DNA of 64,000 bases, taken from positions 1,536,001 to 1,600,000 of the forward strand of contig CAVVUN010000015.1 of assembly GCA_963751455.1 (NCBI GenBank), read 5' to 3'. This stretch comes from Nitrospirota bacterium. GTDB taxonomy: Bacteria > Nitrospirota > UBA9217. Position numbers and translations under genes: made by a program. The notes beneath the pieces are model-generated. The model had not been told where the DNA came from and did no database searches. It saw only the letters and a list, made by a program, of their open reading frames with translations. Below are positions 52,484 through 63,051 of the stretch, one piece after another; position 1 is the first letter of the stretch, and each line of letters opens with the position of its first letter.

Positions 52484-54337
52484 AAAAAATACGATCCAAT
52501 AAATCCAGCCTGCTCCTGCTGTTCGCGGTTGTAGCAACCGGGGTCAACGGGTGCGCAACAACAAACGGAACCGGCGATCCCCTCGGCAATACGAAAAAGC
52601 TGGTTACCGAGGGCCATGTATCGCTTTACAGGAACGGCGCTTTTCAGGTCCCGAACACCTCGATCAGCGTTATACCGCCCGGTCCCGGCACTATGGACCT
52701 TATTGCGGAACTTACCGGCTCACGCGCAAGGCAGTCATTTGAAATATCGATCAAGCACGCAGCCGACTCTGTCTACATCGTTACAGAAGGAACAAGGGTG
52801 ACATACGGCCTTTCAAAAAAGATCAGCAGCGGCAGCAATAAAGCCGCAGACGAGATAAGAAAGCTAAGCCGGGAGAACAGCACACTCCTTGTCTACCGTT
52901 CAACGGAAATCGGCAAAAGCATCGTCGGCAAGTCCTGGGACCTGTCCGGATATATGTTCCAGGCGCGTGAAAAAGCGGGGCACGCCGTGATCAGGGATGC
53001 GCGATCAGCGGGGAACACGGTCAGTGAAACCGGTACGAAGCAGGGGACGGAACTGGCATCGGCGTCGCTGCAGACCGCCAAAGATATTTCGATATCGAGC
53101 GCGGACCGAAGCGGAGCGGCTCTCGAGTACGGCGGGCATGCCTTCGTTAAGGGGTATGCAGCCGTTCCGTCAAAGGTGAAAAAAGAGGACGTGAGCATCG
53201 GAGAGAGCCTGTCCGAGGCGAACCTTGTCGATATCATCAAGGAACAGAACGAAACACGAAGGGAATGGTCCGGAAAGACAGTTGATCTTATGAGTGATAC
53301 GGCCAGGAATTACAGCTCCGGTGTCTCGTCGTCATTCAGCAAAGCAGGAAAGGAACTGGACGGTAATTATACAACGACCGGATTGAGCCTGGCGCTATTG
53401 AAATCCCTGCGGTGGGTGCTGCAGGGAATACTGTGGGACGCAACCATAGAACCGGCCGCAAAAATGACAGCGGCGTCACTCGGGTATATCGGCGTTAATT
53501 TCGTGGCCTTCCCGATCAATGGTCCTGGTCCAGGAAGGCGTGACTACCACGAAACTTGCCGTTGAGGTGACCTGGGATGCGGCAAAAACCGGGTATGACC
53601 TGGTTGCACCCACCGGGATTGCAGCGGTGGCGGGAGTTTATGCTGTTGTTGATTCTATCGGTTCACATGCCGTTGCGGGCGCTACTGCCGTTACGGGAAA
53701 TATTCTCGGATATGGTGAAGCGGGATTAAGCAAGACCGCCGGAGTTGTTGTGAAAGGAGGCGGATATGCCGCCGGCAAAGGCGTTCAATATATCGGGGTA
53801 CCCCTTGCCAGTGCGGGAATTGCCGTTGGCGGCGGAATTATCGGGACAGCGGTAGGGGGTGTCGGCGCTGTATCCGGCGGCGCGCTCAGGGTGACCGGCG
53901 AAGCCGGCGGTGCGGTAACCCAGGGCTTTGGTAATGTCATAGCAGGCACGACGCTGGCCGCCGGGACGGCGGCGTCAACAGCGGGCGGCGCTGCCTATGG
54001 AGTCTATGAGCTGTCCAAGGCAGTTGTCGTTCCAACGGGATATGAACTCGGCGGCGGGATTGTGCTGAGCTACGGTACGCTTAGCCATCTTGCAGCTCAT
54101 TCGATCCTGGCAGTTTCGGACTGTGCATATATGGTGCTTTCACTTGAAGGCCCACGATGGGTTCTCTACGCTGTCAAGGGAAAATCCGGAACAGGTGAGG
54201 ACCTTCCTGTGGGCGTGGTTGTTGACCTCAAGAAAATGCAGGAGACCGGAGAGGAGATAAAGTATTTGCCCGTTTCGGATGAAGAGATGATGAAAGTGAT
54301 CGATTCGGTTTACGACAATTTGCCGGAGATGAGATGA
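52480..54337 (+). CDS. Hypothetical lipoprotein, paralog B (frameshift near 53515)
   Basis: Lipobox VNGC; ORFs 52480..53565 and 53519..54337; shares motifs with paralog A. Confidence 0.8.
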
Positions 54338-54436
54338 TCGGTTGAATAAAGAGGCTTGCCTTAAGCGACAAAATTATTTCAAAGCGCTCAAGGAGGAACG
54401 ATTCAGACAATTTGCCGGAATAGATCTGAATGCATT

Positions 54437-54511
54437 TGCCACGGATTACACTGATGGCCACGGATGAAACCGGTCTGTTCAAACCGTGTCAAATCCGTGC
54501 CATCCGTGGCA
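54437..54511. repeat. Inverted-repeat element built from CACGGAT-type units
   Basis: TGCCACGGATTACACTGATGGCCACGGAT ... CCGTGTCAAATCCGTGCCATCCGTGGCA. Confidence 0.75.
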
Positions 54512-54559
54512 TGGAAGATATTCTTTATCTGTGTACGCTCATTCTCCTGATCCGGAATA

Positions 54560-54784
54560 TCAGTCTACGTGAATGATCGTGACGGGGCAGGAATCAGCCG
54601 CTTCCTTGACTTTATCCAGCAGATCCGTCGGTGCTTCGCCGCTGGCCGGGTCGCCGCCCGTTTGATACTTGGGTACTACCTCGCTCCAGTTGTCCGTTGG
54701 GTTCTGCTGAAAGAATTCCGGACAAACCGTCCAGCATGATTCACAGCTGATGCATTCTTCCCGATCAATCTTTACACTTGCCAT
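54560..54784 (-). CDS. Single-cluster ferredoxin
   Basis: CISCESCWTVCP ... CPV; SD AAGGAGAGG. Confidence 0.92.
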   Translation of the reverse strand: MASVKIDREECISCESCWTVCPEFFQQNPTDNWSEVVPKYQTGGDPASGEAPTDLLDKVKEAADSCPVTIIHVD

Positions 54785-54879
54785 GAGGGCACCTCTCCTT
54801 AGTTGAATGTGTTTATTAAAAATGCAATTGTTGTAATTATAGCCTATTCAATATCTGCAGATGTCTGTCGCAGTTTTTT

Positions 54880-55206
54880 TTAAAGCTTGTGGTCTTTCTT
54901 TTCGAGGATATCGTCTGTCCAGGAAAGGGCCGCAGAAACCGAGGGAAAGCCTATCGTGCTGGCAAGCAGGATGATGGCATGACGTATTTCTTCGGGGCTC
55001 GCTCCCGCAATAAGCGCACGCCGGGCATGCGAGTGGACTGATCCTTCCGAGAAATTTGCGGCTGCGCCTGCGAGTTGAATAAGACAGCAGGTTTTTTCGT
55101 CCAGAGGTCCGGCCGCTTTGCTTGCCTTGCCAAGGTTTTCCACCGCAGTCATAAAACTTTGGTATTTCTTTTGAAGGTTGGTATATTGATCCGGAAGCTT
55201 TTGCAT
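54880..55206 (-). CDS. Carboxymuconolactone decarboxylase family protein
   Basis: GPLDEKT..LI..VHSHARRAL..GAS.EEI..TIGFP. Confidence 0.9.
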   Translation of the reverse strand: MQKLPDQYTNLQKKYQSFMTAVENLGKASKAAGPLDEKTCCLIQLAGAAANFSEGSVHSHARRALIAGASPEEIRHAIILLASTIGFPSVSAALSWTDDILEKKDHKL

Positions 55207-55328
55207 TGACGTCTCCTTTTGCCGGCTGGTGATCAGCCCGATTCACATAAATTATTATAAGTGTAAGCAAAAAGTAGTTAATAGTCAAGGCGATTGACTC
55301 GACCGTTTTTGTGTGATACATTTTTAGT

Positions 55329-56255
55329 ATGAACAGAATAGACTTTATTCGGGAGATCGTCCAGGTGCTGGCAGGCGATATCGGCTCTCGAACCTTTCAG
55401 GATATCGAAAGGCTTAAGAAAACAGCCGATTATATAACGGGTCAATTCCAGTCCTTCGGCTATGAAGTATTCTGGCAGCCGTTTTTGTACCGCGGAAACA
55501 CTTACTATAACATTATCGCTGAGAAGACGGGCGACACGGATCCTGAAAAAATACTTGTCATCGGAGCACATTACGATACGGTCAGGACTACTCCCGGCGC
55601 TGATGACAACGCCAGCGGCATTGCCGGGCTTCTCAGTCTGGCCAGGTCCTTTGCCGGTCTCAAGGTCCGAAAAACGGTCAGGTTCGCAGCTTTTGCACTT
55701 GAAGAACCGCCCGTATACCGGACGCAGAACATGGGAAGCTTTCATTATGCGCGAAGCCTGAGAGAGCGGAACGAACGGGTCGAGGGCATGATCTGCCTCG
55801 AGATGATCGGCTATTTCAGTGAGCGAGAAGGATCGCAGCATTATCCGCTTCCGACGTTCAGATTGAGATACCCTTCGCGCGGAGATTTTATCTCGATGGT
55901 AGGCAACATCAAGTCCCGTGCTTTTACCGAGCTTATTGGAGCGGGTTTCGAAAACGGCACCGACCTGCAGCTTGTCACCTTGAACGCTCTTCCGGTCGTT
56001 ATTGGTGTAGATTTTTCGGATCATTGGTCATTCTACAAATTCGGGTTCAAAGCGCTCATGGTAACCGACACCGCTTTTTACCGCAACCCTCACTATCATG
56101 CGCCCACCGACCTTCCGGAAACGCTCGATTACAAAAAAATGGCGAAGGTGGTGGATGGGCTGAAGGCCGCGGTCACGGCGTGGAGCGAAGAAGATCCGGG
56201 AGATCTGGAACGGTTATCGGGAAAACGCGACGCTGTAAGCGTGATGGTAAAATAG
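55329..56255 (+). CDS. M28 family metallopeptidase
   Basis: GAHYDT, PGADDNASG, EE, SDH, YH. Confidence 0.92.
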   Translation: MNRIDFIREIVQVLAGDIGSRTFQDIERLKKTADYITGQFQSFGYEVFWQPFLYRGNTYYNIIAEKTGDTDPEKILVIGAHYDTVRTTPGADDNASGIAGLLSLARSFAGLKVRKTVRFAAFALEEPPVYRTQNMGSFHYARSLRERNERVEGMICLEMIGYFSEREGSQHYPLPTFRLRYPSRGDFISMVGNIKSRAFTELIGAGFENGTDLQLVTLNALPVVIGVDFSDHWSFYKFGFKALMVTDTAFYRNPHYHAPTDLPETLDYKKMAKVVDGLKAAVTAWSEEDPGDLERLSGKRDAVSVMVK

Positions 56256-56446
56256 AATATTCCAGCGCATCATTTGCCGCCTTTCGTGTACGCGCGCCTG
56301 TAGTATCCCAAGCTGACCCCCCCATTCTGCAATCTACTATTTTCTGCCGCAAAAATATTGTATAATACTCAAACAAAAAACAGACTGAATCTTGCCATAT
56401 GATCAGGTACTGTGTGGTAAAATAGTGATCGTCATGGGAGGGCCGA

Positions 56447-56674
56447 ATGAAAACAGGAGTGGTATTCTTTACGCTTTTTTTTGCGCTTTTGTCGCCGGCT
56501 ATTGCAGGCGACGGACAATCGGTGAAAGAAGGCTTCAAAGAGGTGCATAAGGGCATGAAGAAAGTGACCCGCACAGTCGATAAGAACGCGAAAAAAGGCG
56601 TCAGAAAAATCGACAAGAACGCAAAGAAGACCTGGAAAAAGGCAGGGCACGACATAAAGCAGGCTACAAATTGA
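56447..56674 (+). CDS. Small exported Lys-rich protein with 11-aa repeats
   Basis: Signal peptide ending AIA; VDKNAKKGVRK/IDKNAKKTWKK; SD GGGAGG. Confidence 0.75.
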   Translation: MKTGVVFFTLFFALLSPAIAGDGQSVKEGFKEVHKGMKKVTRTVDKNAKKGVRKIDKNAKKTWKKAGHDIKQATN

Positions 56675-56793
56675 CCGTTTCGTAACCGTCCCTCGCGGCA
56701 TACGAGGGTGCTGCACTTCCGCATTGACTTTCCCCAAGCGCCCATATATTGTGTTCACATCAAGGAATCCCGAACCTGTTGAAAAGGCGTACA

Positions 56794-59400
56794 ATGATCC
56801 TGATTACAATCCAAGAGACCGCACACCGTTATCCGGATAAAACTGCCGTTCAAATGAAAACCGGGGAGCGGTACCGTCGGTACACGTATCGCGAATTCTT
56901 AAAAGGCATCGCGTCAACGGCCCGCTCTCTTTCAGATGCGGGAATAAGCAAGGGAGACCGGGTCGCACTCCTGTCGGAAAACAGGCCTGAATGGATGTCC
57001 GCCTATCTCTCGGTTGTGTCGCTCGGCGGCGTCATCGTTCCTCTCGATGCCCAGCTCACCGACAAGGAAGTCGCGAACCTGCTCGCACGTTCCGAGGCAA
57101 AAGCCGTTTTTGTATCTAGAGGCACCTTCGAGAAGCTTCCGCCGAAAAGTTCACTGATGATCGTGTCGTTTGACGAGGGTTCGGGCGTCTCTTTCAGCGA
57201 TATGTTGACCGCACATCCTGATGCTTCCGTTCCGGCCACGCCTTCCGCCGGCGATCTCGCCGCGCTTCTGTATACGTCCGGGACCACCGGCGATCCGAAG
57301 GGCGTGATGCTTTCACACGGCAATCTTGCATCGGATTGTGCCAGCTGCGTAAAGCTTGATCTTGTGCATGATTATGACAATATGCTTTGTCTTCTTCCTC
57401 TGCACCATACCTATCCGGCTATGACCTGCATGCTGCTGCCGTTTTCGGTTGGCGCCACAGTAACCATCCAGAACAGCCTCAAGGGCCCGGACATACTTTC
57501 ATGCATGGCCGAAACCGGGGTCACTATTATGCTCGGGGTTCCACAGTTGTACGCCGGACTCCGGCGCGCTATCTTCGACGGGATACAGAAAAAACCCGCG
57601 CCCGTGCAGATGATCGTAAAGCTGCTGCTCAAGCTCAATGGCGCCCTCAGAAAAACGATGGGCGTGAACCTGGGCAAGTCCCTGTTCGGCAAGGTTCACG
57701 CGCTGTTCGGACCTTCGTTGAGGCTGTTCGCAAGCGGCGGGGCGCGGCTCGAACCCGAAGTATACACGGACATGACCAACCTCGGTTTCACGGTCATCGA
57801 AGGCTACGGTCTTACCGAAACCTCCCCGGTAAGCACCTTCAACCCCCTCTCGAGACAGAAGGCGGGCTCGATTGGAATACCGCTTCCTGATGTGGAAGTC
57901 AGGATCGCAAATCCCGATGAAACAGGCCAGGGCGAGATCGCTGTACGCGGCCGGAACGTGATGCTGGGATACTATAAAAAACCCGAAGAAACCGCGGAAG
58001 TGCTGAAAGACGGATGGTTCTATACCGGCGATCTCGGCTATCGGGACAGGGACGGCTATTTTTTCATTACGGGCCGGTCAAAGGAAATGATCGTGCTGTC
58101 AACCGGCAAAAAGATCTTCCCCGAGGAGCTCGAGAAGTTCTACAAGCAGATCCCGGAAATCAAAGAAATATGCCTGCTCCAGGGGGAGCGAGGTCTTGAA
58201 GCGGCAGTCGTCCCGGATTTCGATTACCTCAGAAAAATCAACCTTTCCAACTCGCGTGAGGTCATCGCTTACAAGATCGAAGACCTTTCAAAGGAACTCC
58301 CGCCCTATAAAAGAATCACCGGGCTCAAGATCTTCAAGGACGCACTGCCGGTAACGCGTCTGGGCAAACTGAGGCGCGCCCTTGTGCGCGACCTCTATCT
58401 GAAGCAGGCTGAGAGGGCCGAGAAGGCGGTTGCCGATGCAGACAAAGAGCTGCTCGATACGCCGGAGGGAAAGAAACTGGTCGCCTGCATAGAGCCGTTT
58501 ACCCCGAAGAAAAAGGTTGTGCCGGACGACAACCTCGAACTCGACCTGGGGCTCGATTCGCTCGCCCGGGTGGAACTCGTGGTCAGCATCGAGAAATCGT
58601 TCGGCATTTCCCTGGAGGAGTCTTTCGGATCGAACGTTTTTACCGTGAAGGATGCGCTGCTCAGGATCAAAGAAGCTCTGACTGCTGCGCCGATCGAAGC
58701 CGGGAACCGAGTGCGTTTGTCATGGAACGAAATTCTTGCACAGGAACCATCCGAAGACGCGAAACAGACGCTTACGTTCGAGCCGGGACGATTGTGCATC
58801 GCGGCACGCTACATGATCAAACTGATGCTCAAACTGGTTTTCAAGGTTTACGGCGGTCTGGACGTCCGCGGTCTTCAAAACCTTCCCGAAGCAGGACCGT
58901 ACATTGTTGCGCCGAATCACGTCAGTTTTGCTGATGCCCCCTCGGTAGTGGCTGCGCTTCCCTGGAAGATTGCCTCACAGACGTTCTTTCTGGGAGCGAC
59001 TGCCTATTTCGGGGGCCCGTTGACGTCCATTGTCGCGAAGGGAATCCAGGTCATACCTGTCGATATGGAGGCCAGGCTCTATAACGCGCTCCAGTTGTCC
59101 GCATATGTTCTGCGAAACAGAAGGATACTCTGCGTGTTCCCCGAAGGACAACGGTCGCGCGACGGCTCGCTCAAAGAATTCAAGAAAGGCGTCGGCATCA
59201 TAGCGAAAGAGCTTAAGGTGCCTGTTATCCCGGTGGCGATTGAGGGCACTTATCGTATGCTTGCGCCGGGAAAGGCATTTCCGAGACCGGCAAAGGTAAG
59301 GATCACGTTTGGAAAACCGATCCAGCCAGGAGATCAAGACTACGAATCGATCGTTAAAAAGCTCTCCGAGGAAGTCGCCAGGCTGGCGGGGCAGGCGTGA
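56794..59400 (+). CDS. Long-chain acyl-CoA synthetase + ACP + PlsC acyltransferase fusion
   Basis: YTSGTTGDPKG, GYGLTE, LGLDSL, NHVSFAD, FPEGQRS. Confidence 0.93.
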   Translation: MILITIQETAHRYPDKTAVQMKTGERYRRYTYREFLKGIASTARSLSDAGISKGDRVALLSENRPEWMSAYLSVVSLGGVIVPLDAQLTDKEVANLLARSEAKAVFVSRGTFEKLPPKSSLMIVSFDEGSGVSFSDMLTAHPDASVPATPSAGDLAALLYTSGTTGDPKGVMLSHGNLASDCASCVKLDLVHDYDNMLCLLPLHHTYPAMTCMLLPFSVGATVTIQNSLKGPDILSCMAETGVTIMLGVPQLYAGLRRAIFDGIQKKPAPVQMIVKLLLKLNGALRKTMGVNLGKSLFGKVHALFGPSLRLFASGGARLEPEVYTDMTNLGFTVIEGYGLTETSPVSTFNPLSRQKAGSIGIPLPDVEVRIANPDETGQGEIAVRGRNVMLGYYKKPEETAEVLKDGWFYTGDLGYRDRDGYFFITGRSKEMIVLSTGKKIFPEELEKFYKQIPEIKEICLLQGERGLEAAVVPDFDYLRKINLSNSREVIAYKIEDLSKELPPYKRITGLKIFKDALPVTRLGKLRRALVRDLYLKQAERAEKAVADADKELLDTPEGKKLVACIEPFTPKKKVVPDDNLELDLGLDSLARVELVVSIEKSFGISLEESFGSNVFTVKDALLRIKEALTAAPIEAGNRVRLSWNEILAQEPSEDAKQTLTFEPGRLCIAARYMIKLMLKLVFKVYGGLDVRGLQNLPEAGPYIVAPNHVSFADAPSVVAALPWKIASQTFFLGATAYFGGPLTSIVAKGIQVIPVDMEARLYNALQLSAYVLRNRRILCVFPEGQRSRDGSLKEFKKGVGIIAKELKVPVIPVAIEGTYRMLAPGKAFPRPAKVRITFGKPIQPGDQDYESIVKKLSEEVARLAGQA

Positions 59401-59523
59401 AGGCCGCGAGTGCTGCATCTGCGATAAAGCTTTTAAGATTTCGAAACCGGATCGGGTTTCCTTCGATCTGTGTAATCTGTGGATAGCTGCGGTTACTTTC
59501 ATTTCAGAAATAGGGTGAAGCTT

Positions 59524-60462
59524 ATGAAGCATGGTATACGTTTGATGGTGCTGTTCCTTGTTCTTTCCTGTTCATCGTGTGCGACGACACCGGACCCTTC
59601 TGCAATAGAGACTTCGGAGCCGCCGGCAACCGGGATTTTGAAACCGAAAGTAGCGCTGGTTCTGGGAGGCGGCGCTGCGCGGGGTTTTGCACATGTCGGT
59701 GTGATCCGTGCACTGGAGCAGGAAAAGATCCCGATCGACCTGATTGTCGGTACCAGCGTAGGCAGCCTGATCGGCGCCATTTACGCGCATGACCTGAACA
59801 GCTTTGAGCTGGAGTGGACGGCATTTGCCCTCGAAAGAGAACACCTCTTCGACTTCGCCATGTTCGCCGCGCTTACCAGTATGGGGCCGGTCAAGGGGGA
59901 CAAACTGGAGGAGTTCGTGCGTTCAAAAGTGCCTGTCGAGAACATAGAAAACCTCAAACTCCCTTTTGCCGCCGTAGCAACCGATCTGAACCGCGGCACA
60001 CGTGTTGTGCTTGAACGCGGATCGGTGGCAAAAGCAGTGCGTGCAAGCAGCGCCATCCCGGGGGTGTTCAATCCGGTCGAGCATCAGGGCAGGCTGCTCG
60101 TGGACGGCGGCGTGGTGGACAATATCCCCATAGCCGTGGCCAGGGAGAAGGGCGCCGATATCGTGATTGCCGTAGATATCAGCGAGAACGTGGTCAACTT
60201 TAACGTTACAACCCTGGTTGATGTCGTGCTCCAGTCCGTGAACATCATGTTCAGCGAGAATGTGGGCTACAAAAAAAAGGATGCGGATGTGCTGATCATG
60301 CCGGCCGTCGGGAATGTGGCCATGCTGGATTTCACCCAGAAGAAGAGGTGCATGCAGGCGGGGATCGAGGCTGCGCAGAGGGCCATGCCTGAGATCAAAA
60401 GGAAGATCGACGAATGGACGAAAAACGCGAATTCGAAGCACGACGTCCGATCACCCAAATAA
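59524..60462 (+). CDS. Patatin-like phospholipase (exported/lipoprotein)
   Basis: GGGAARG, GTSVG, DGG. Confidence 0.93.
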   Translation: MKHGIRLMVLFLVLSCSSCATTPDPSAIETSEPPATGILKPKVALVLGGGAARGFAHVGVIRALEQEKIPIDLIVGTSVGSLIGAIYAHDLNSFELEWTAFALEREHLFDFAMFAALTSMGPVKGDKLEEFVRSKVPVENIENLKLPFAAVATDLNRGTRVVLERGSVAKAVRASSAIPGVFNPVEHQGRLLVDGGVVDNIPIAVAREKGADIVIAVDISENVVNFNVTTLVDVVLQSVNIMFSENVGYKKKDADVLIMPAVGNVAMLDFTQKKRCMQAGIEAAQRAMPEIKRKIDEWTKNANSKHDVRSPK

Positions 60463-60520
60463 AATAAATAAAATTTAAAAAAGTAACTACTTGCTTCTTA
60501 CATAATCTGATTGAAAAAAG

Positions 60521-60664
60521 CTTTAGCCGCAGATTTCGCAGATGGACGCAGATTTTATAACCGGAATATGAAAGACTTGTATGTCTTTATAAATCCGTGT
60601 CTAAGGCTCTCTTCAGTTAATCCGTTTGCATTATCTGCGCAATCTGCGTAATCTGCGGATAAAA
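60521..60664. repeat. Inverted-repeat element built from CGCAGAT-type units
   Basis: GCCGCAGATTTCGCAGATGGACGCAGATT ... ATCTGCGCAATCTGCGTAATCTGCGG. Confidence 0.75.
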
Positions 60665-60724
60665 AACTCGAACATCTCTACCCAAATTAAAGAAATTCAT
60701 CAATCAGGTTCGGTGAAAATCAGA

Positions 60725-61576
60725 ATGCTCGAAAAAGTAAAAATCATCCTGGAGATGATCAAGTTCGAACATACCGTCTTTGCGCTGCCCTTCGCCTTTA
60801 CCGGTGCGCTGCTGGGAGCACGTGGACTGCCATCATGGTGGAAAATCTTCTGGATCACGGCAGCGATGGTCGGTGCGCGCTCGGCGGCCATGGGCTTCAA
60901 CCGCTGGGCAGACAGGGGGTTTGACGCTCAAAACCCGAGAACCAAAACACGCGCGCTTCCTCTGGGGCTCGTGACCCCGGCACAGGTGGCAATGTTCAGC
61001 GGGATCTCGTCGCTGCTGCTGGTGTTTGCCGCCTGGATGCTGAATACACTCAGTTTCTGTCTCTCCCCGATTGCGCTCGCCGTGGTGTTTTTCTATTCTT
61101 ACACCAAACGCTTCACGTTTCTATCGCATGCGTTCCTTGGTCTTGCCATCTGTCTTGCGCCAATCGGCTCGTGGATAGCGGTTACAGGAAAGCTGGAACT
61201 TCCGGCGCTCGTGCTGGGAGGGGCGGTGCTTTTCTGGCTTTTGGGGTTTGACGTCCTGTACGCGCTCCAGGATATGGATTTCGACCGCAAGTCGGGTCTG
61301 CACTCGATTCCCCAGAAGTTCGGAATTCGGCGCTCGCTCTGGATAGCCCGGCTCTCGCACACGATAACCATGGTGTTTCTGTTCGGGCTAGGGAACCTCC
61401 TCTCTCTCGGCTGGTATTACTATGCCGGAGTATTTGCCGCACTTTTCCTTATGTTTTACGAGCACATGCTGGTTAAGGAAGGAGATCTGTCGAAGCTTGA
61501 TATTGCCTTCTTTAACATGAACGGTTATATAAGTGTTACAATTTTTATTTTTACACTCCTGGACGTACTGCTATAA
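60725..61576 (+). CDS. UbiA-family prenyltransferase (MqnP-like)
   Basis: MIKFEHTVFALPFA, NRWADRGFDAQNPRT, FDVLYALQD.DFD, AFFNMNG. Confidence 0.9.
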   Translation: MLEKVKIILEMIKFEHTVFALPFAFTGALLGARGLPSWWKIFWITAAMVGARSAAMGFNRWADRGFDAQNPRTKTRALPLGLVTPAQVAMFSGISSLLLVFAAWMLNTLSFCLSPIALAVVFFYSYTKRFTFLSHAFLGLAICLAPIGSWIAVTGKLELPALVLGGAVLFWLLGFDVLYALQDMDFDRKSGLHSIPQKFGIRRSLWIARLSHTITMVFLFGLGNLLSLGWYYYAGVFAALFLMFYEHMLVKEGDLSKLDIAFFNMNGYISVTIFIFTLLDVLL

Positions 61577-61725
61577 GACATACCTCGCTTTTACCCTGCC
61601 TCTTTCTTCCCTTATAAAAAAGTATAAGAAAAAAATCAGACATTCTGGTATTATGTACGCAGACTGTAATATTGTGTCATCCCTTTTATTTGTCGTTTAA
61701 TACTGGTACGAGGCTTATTGCGGCC

Positions 61726-63051
61726 ATGCGAAAACCCATAAAAATACTGGTTGCGGACGACGAAAAAAATATCCGGCTTTTATTGAAAAACGAACTGTCC
61801 GGGAACGACACGGAGGTACATGAAGCGGCCACGGGGCAGTCGGCCCTGGACATGCTCAAAGGGGACGAATACGACATACTTCTCCTGGATCTCAACATGC
61901 CGGGTGTCAGCGGCATTGAAGTGCTGAAAGAAATCAAAAACCAGCTGATCACAGCCGAAGTAGTAGTTCTTACAGCCCATGCCACCGTAACCACAGCGGT
62001 CGAAGCAATGAAGCTCGGAGCGTATGATTTTATCACCAAGCCCTTCAAGATCGAAGAGCTCAAGGCCGTTATCGAGAAGGCTTTTGAGAAGAAAACAATT
62101 CTGAGCGAGAACCTGCTCCTGAAAACCCAGATAAAAATCCAATCGGAAGCCGCCACGATCATAACCGGCAACCGGCAGATGCTCGAGATTCTCGAAACGG
62201 TGAAAAAGGTGGCTACTTCGGATTTGCCGGTCCTTATCAGCGGCGAGAGCGGGGTGGGCAAGGAGCTCGTCGCAAGGGCGGTGCATGATGACTCGGGCAG
62301 GCGTGGACAGTTCATCCCGATCAATTGCGGCGCCATACCTGAAACCATGATCGAGAGCGAGCTTTTCGGAAATGAACGGGGCGCTTTTACCGGTGCTCAG
62401 GCTAGAAAACTGGGTCTGCTTGAAATAGCCGACAACGGCTCCCTTTTTCTCGATGAGATCGGGGAGCTGCCGCAGTCTCTTCAGGTCAAGCTGCTGCGGG
62501 TTCTGGAAACAAAGCAATTCTTCAGGATCGGGGGCGTCAAGGAAATCAAGGTGGACGTCAAATTCATATCCGCCTCCAACAAGGATATCAAGGCAGAGGT
62601 CGGAAAAGGCGCTTTCAGGGCGGATCTCTATTACCGGATCAGCGCCCTGGGCCTGACCGTGCCGCCGCTCAGGGAACGGAGAGAAGACATCCCTGTCCTG
62701 ATCGAACATTTCAAAAAGAAAAATCCCGCCTTTAAGCGCAAACACTTCAGCAACGAAGCGCTCGCGGTTCTCTCTCAGTACCCCTGGCCCGGGAATGTCC
62801 GCGAACTTCATAATCTTATCCATCGGGTTCTCCTCCTTTCGCCCGGCGACACAATCGAACCATGCGACCTGCCGCCGGATCTTATCAACTGCGGGAAGGA
62901 AAGCAGCATGCTTCTGGACGACGTGGAAAAACAGCATATTCTCGCCATTCTGAAGCAGGCAGGCGGCCATCGCGGCAAGGCCGCTGAACTTCTCGGCATA
63001 AATCCCAAAACGCTTTACCGGAAACTCCTGGATTACGGGGTGAAGGAATGA
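61726..63051 (+). CDS. NtrC-family sigma54-dependent response regulator
   Basis: REC domain, GESGVGKE, GAFTGA, WPGNVREL, Fis HTH. Confidence 0.95.
   Translation: MRKPIKILVADDEKNIRLLLKNELSGNDTEVHEAATGQSALDMLKGDEYDILLLDLNMPGVSGIEVLKEIKNQLITAEVVVLTAHATVTTAVEAMKLGAYDFITKPFKIEELKAVIEKAFEKKTILSENLLLKTQIKIQSEAATIITGNRQMLEILETVKKVATSDLPVLISGESGVGKELVARAVHDDSGRRGQFIPINCGAIPETMIESELFGNERGAFTGAQARKLGLLEIADNGSLFLDEIGELPQSLQVKLLRVLETKQFFRIGGVKEIKVDVKFISASNKDIKAEVGKGAFRADLYYRISALGLTVPPLRERREDIPVLIEHFKKKNPAFKRKHFSNEALAVLSQYPWPGNVRELHNLIHRVLLLSPGDTIEPCDLPPDLINCGKESSMLLDDVEKQHILAILKQAGGHRGKAAELLGINPKTLYRKLLDYGVKE

Noticed and set aside
61780-62970. Long antisense ORFs (also 16476..17552, 26354..27265, 5387..6100, 44198..45028)
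   Set aside because: They lie opposite well-supported genes, which is typical of codon bias in GC-rich coding DNA.
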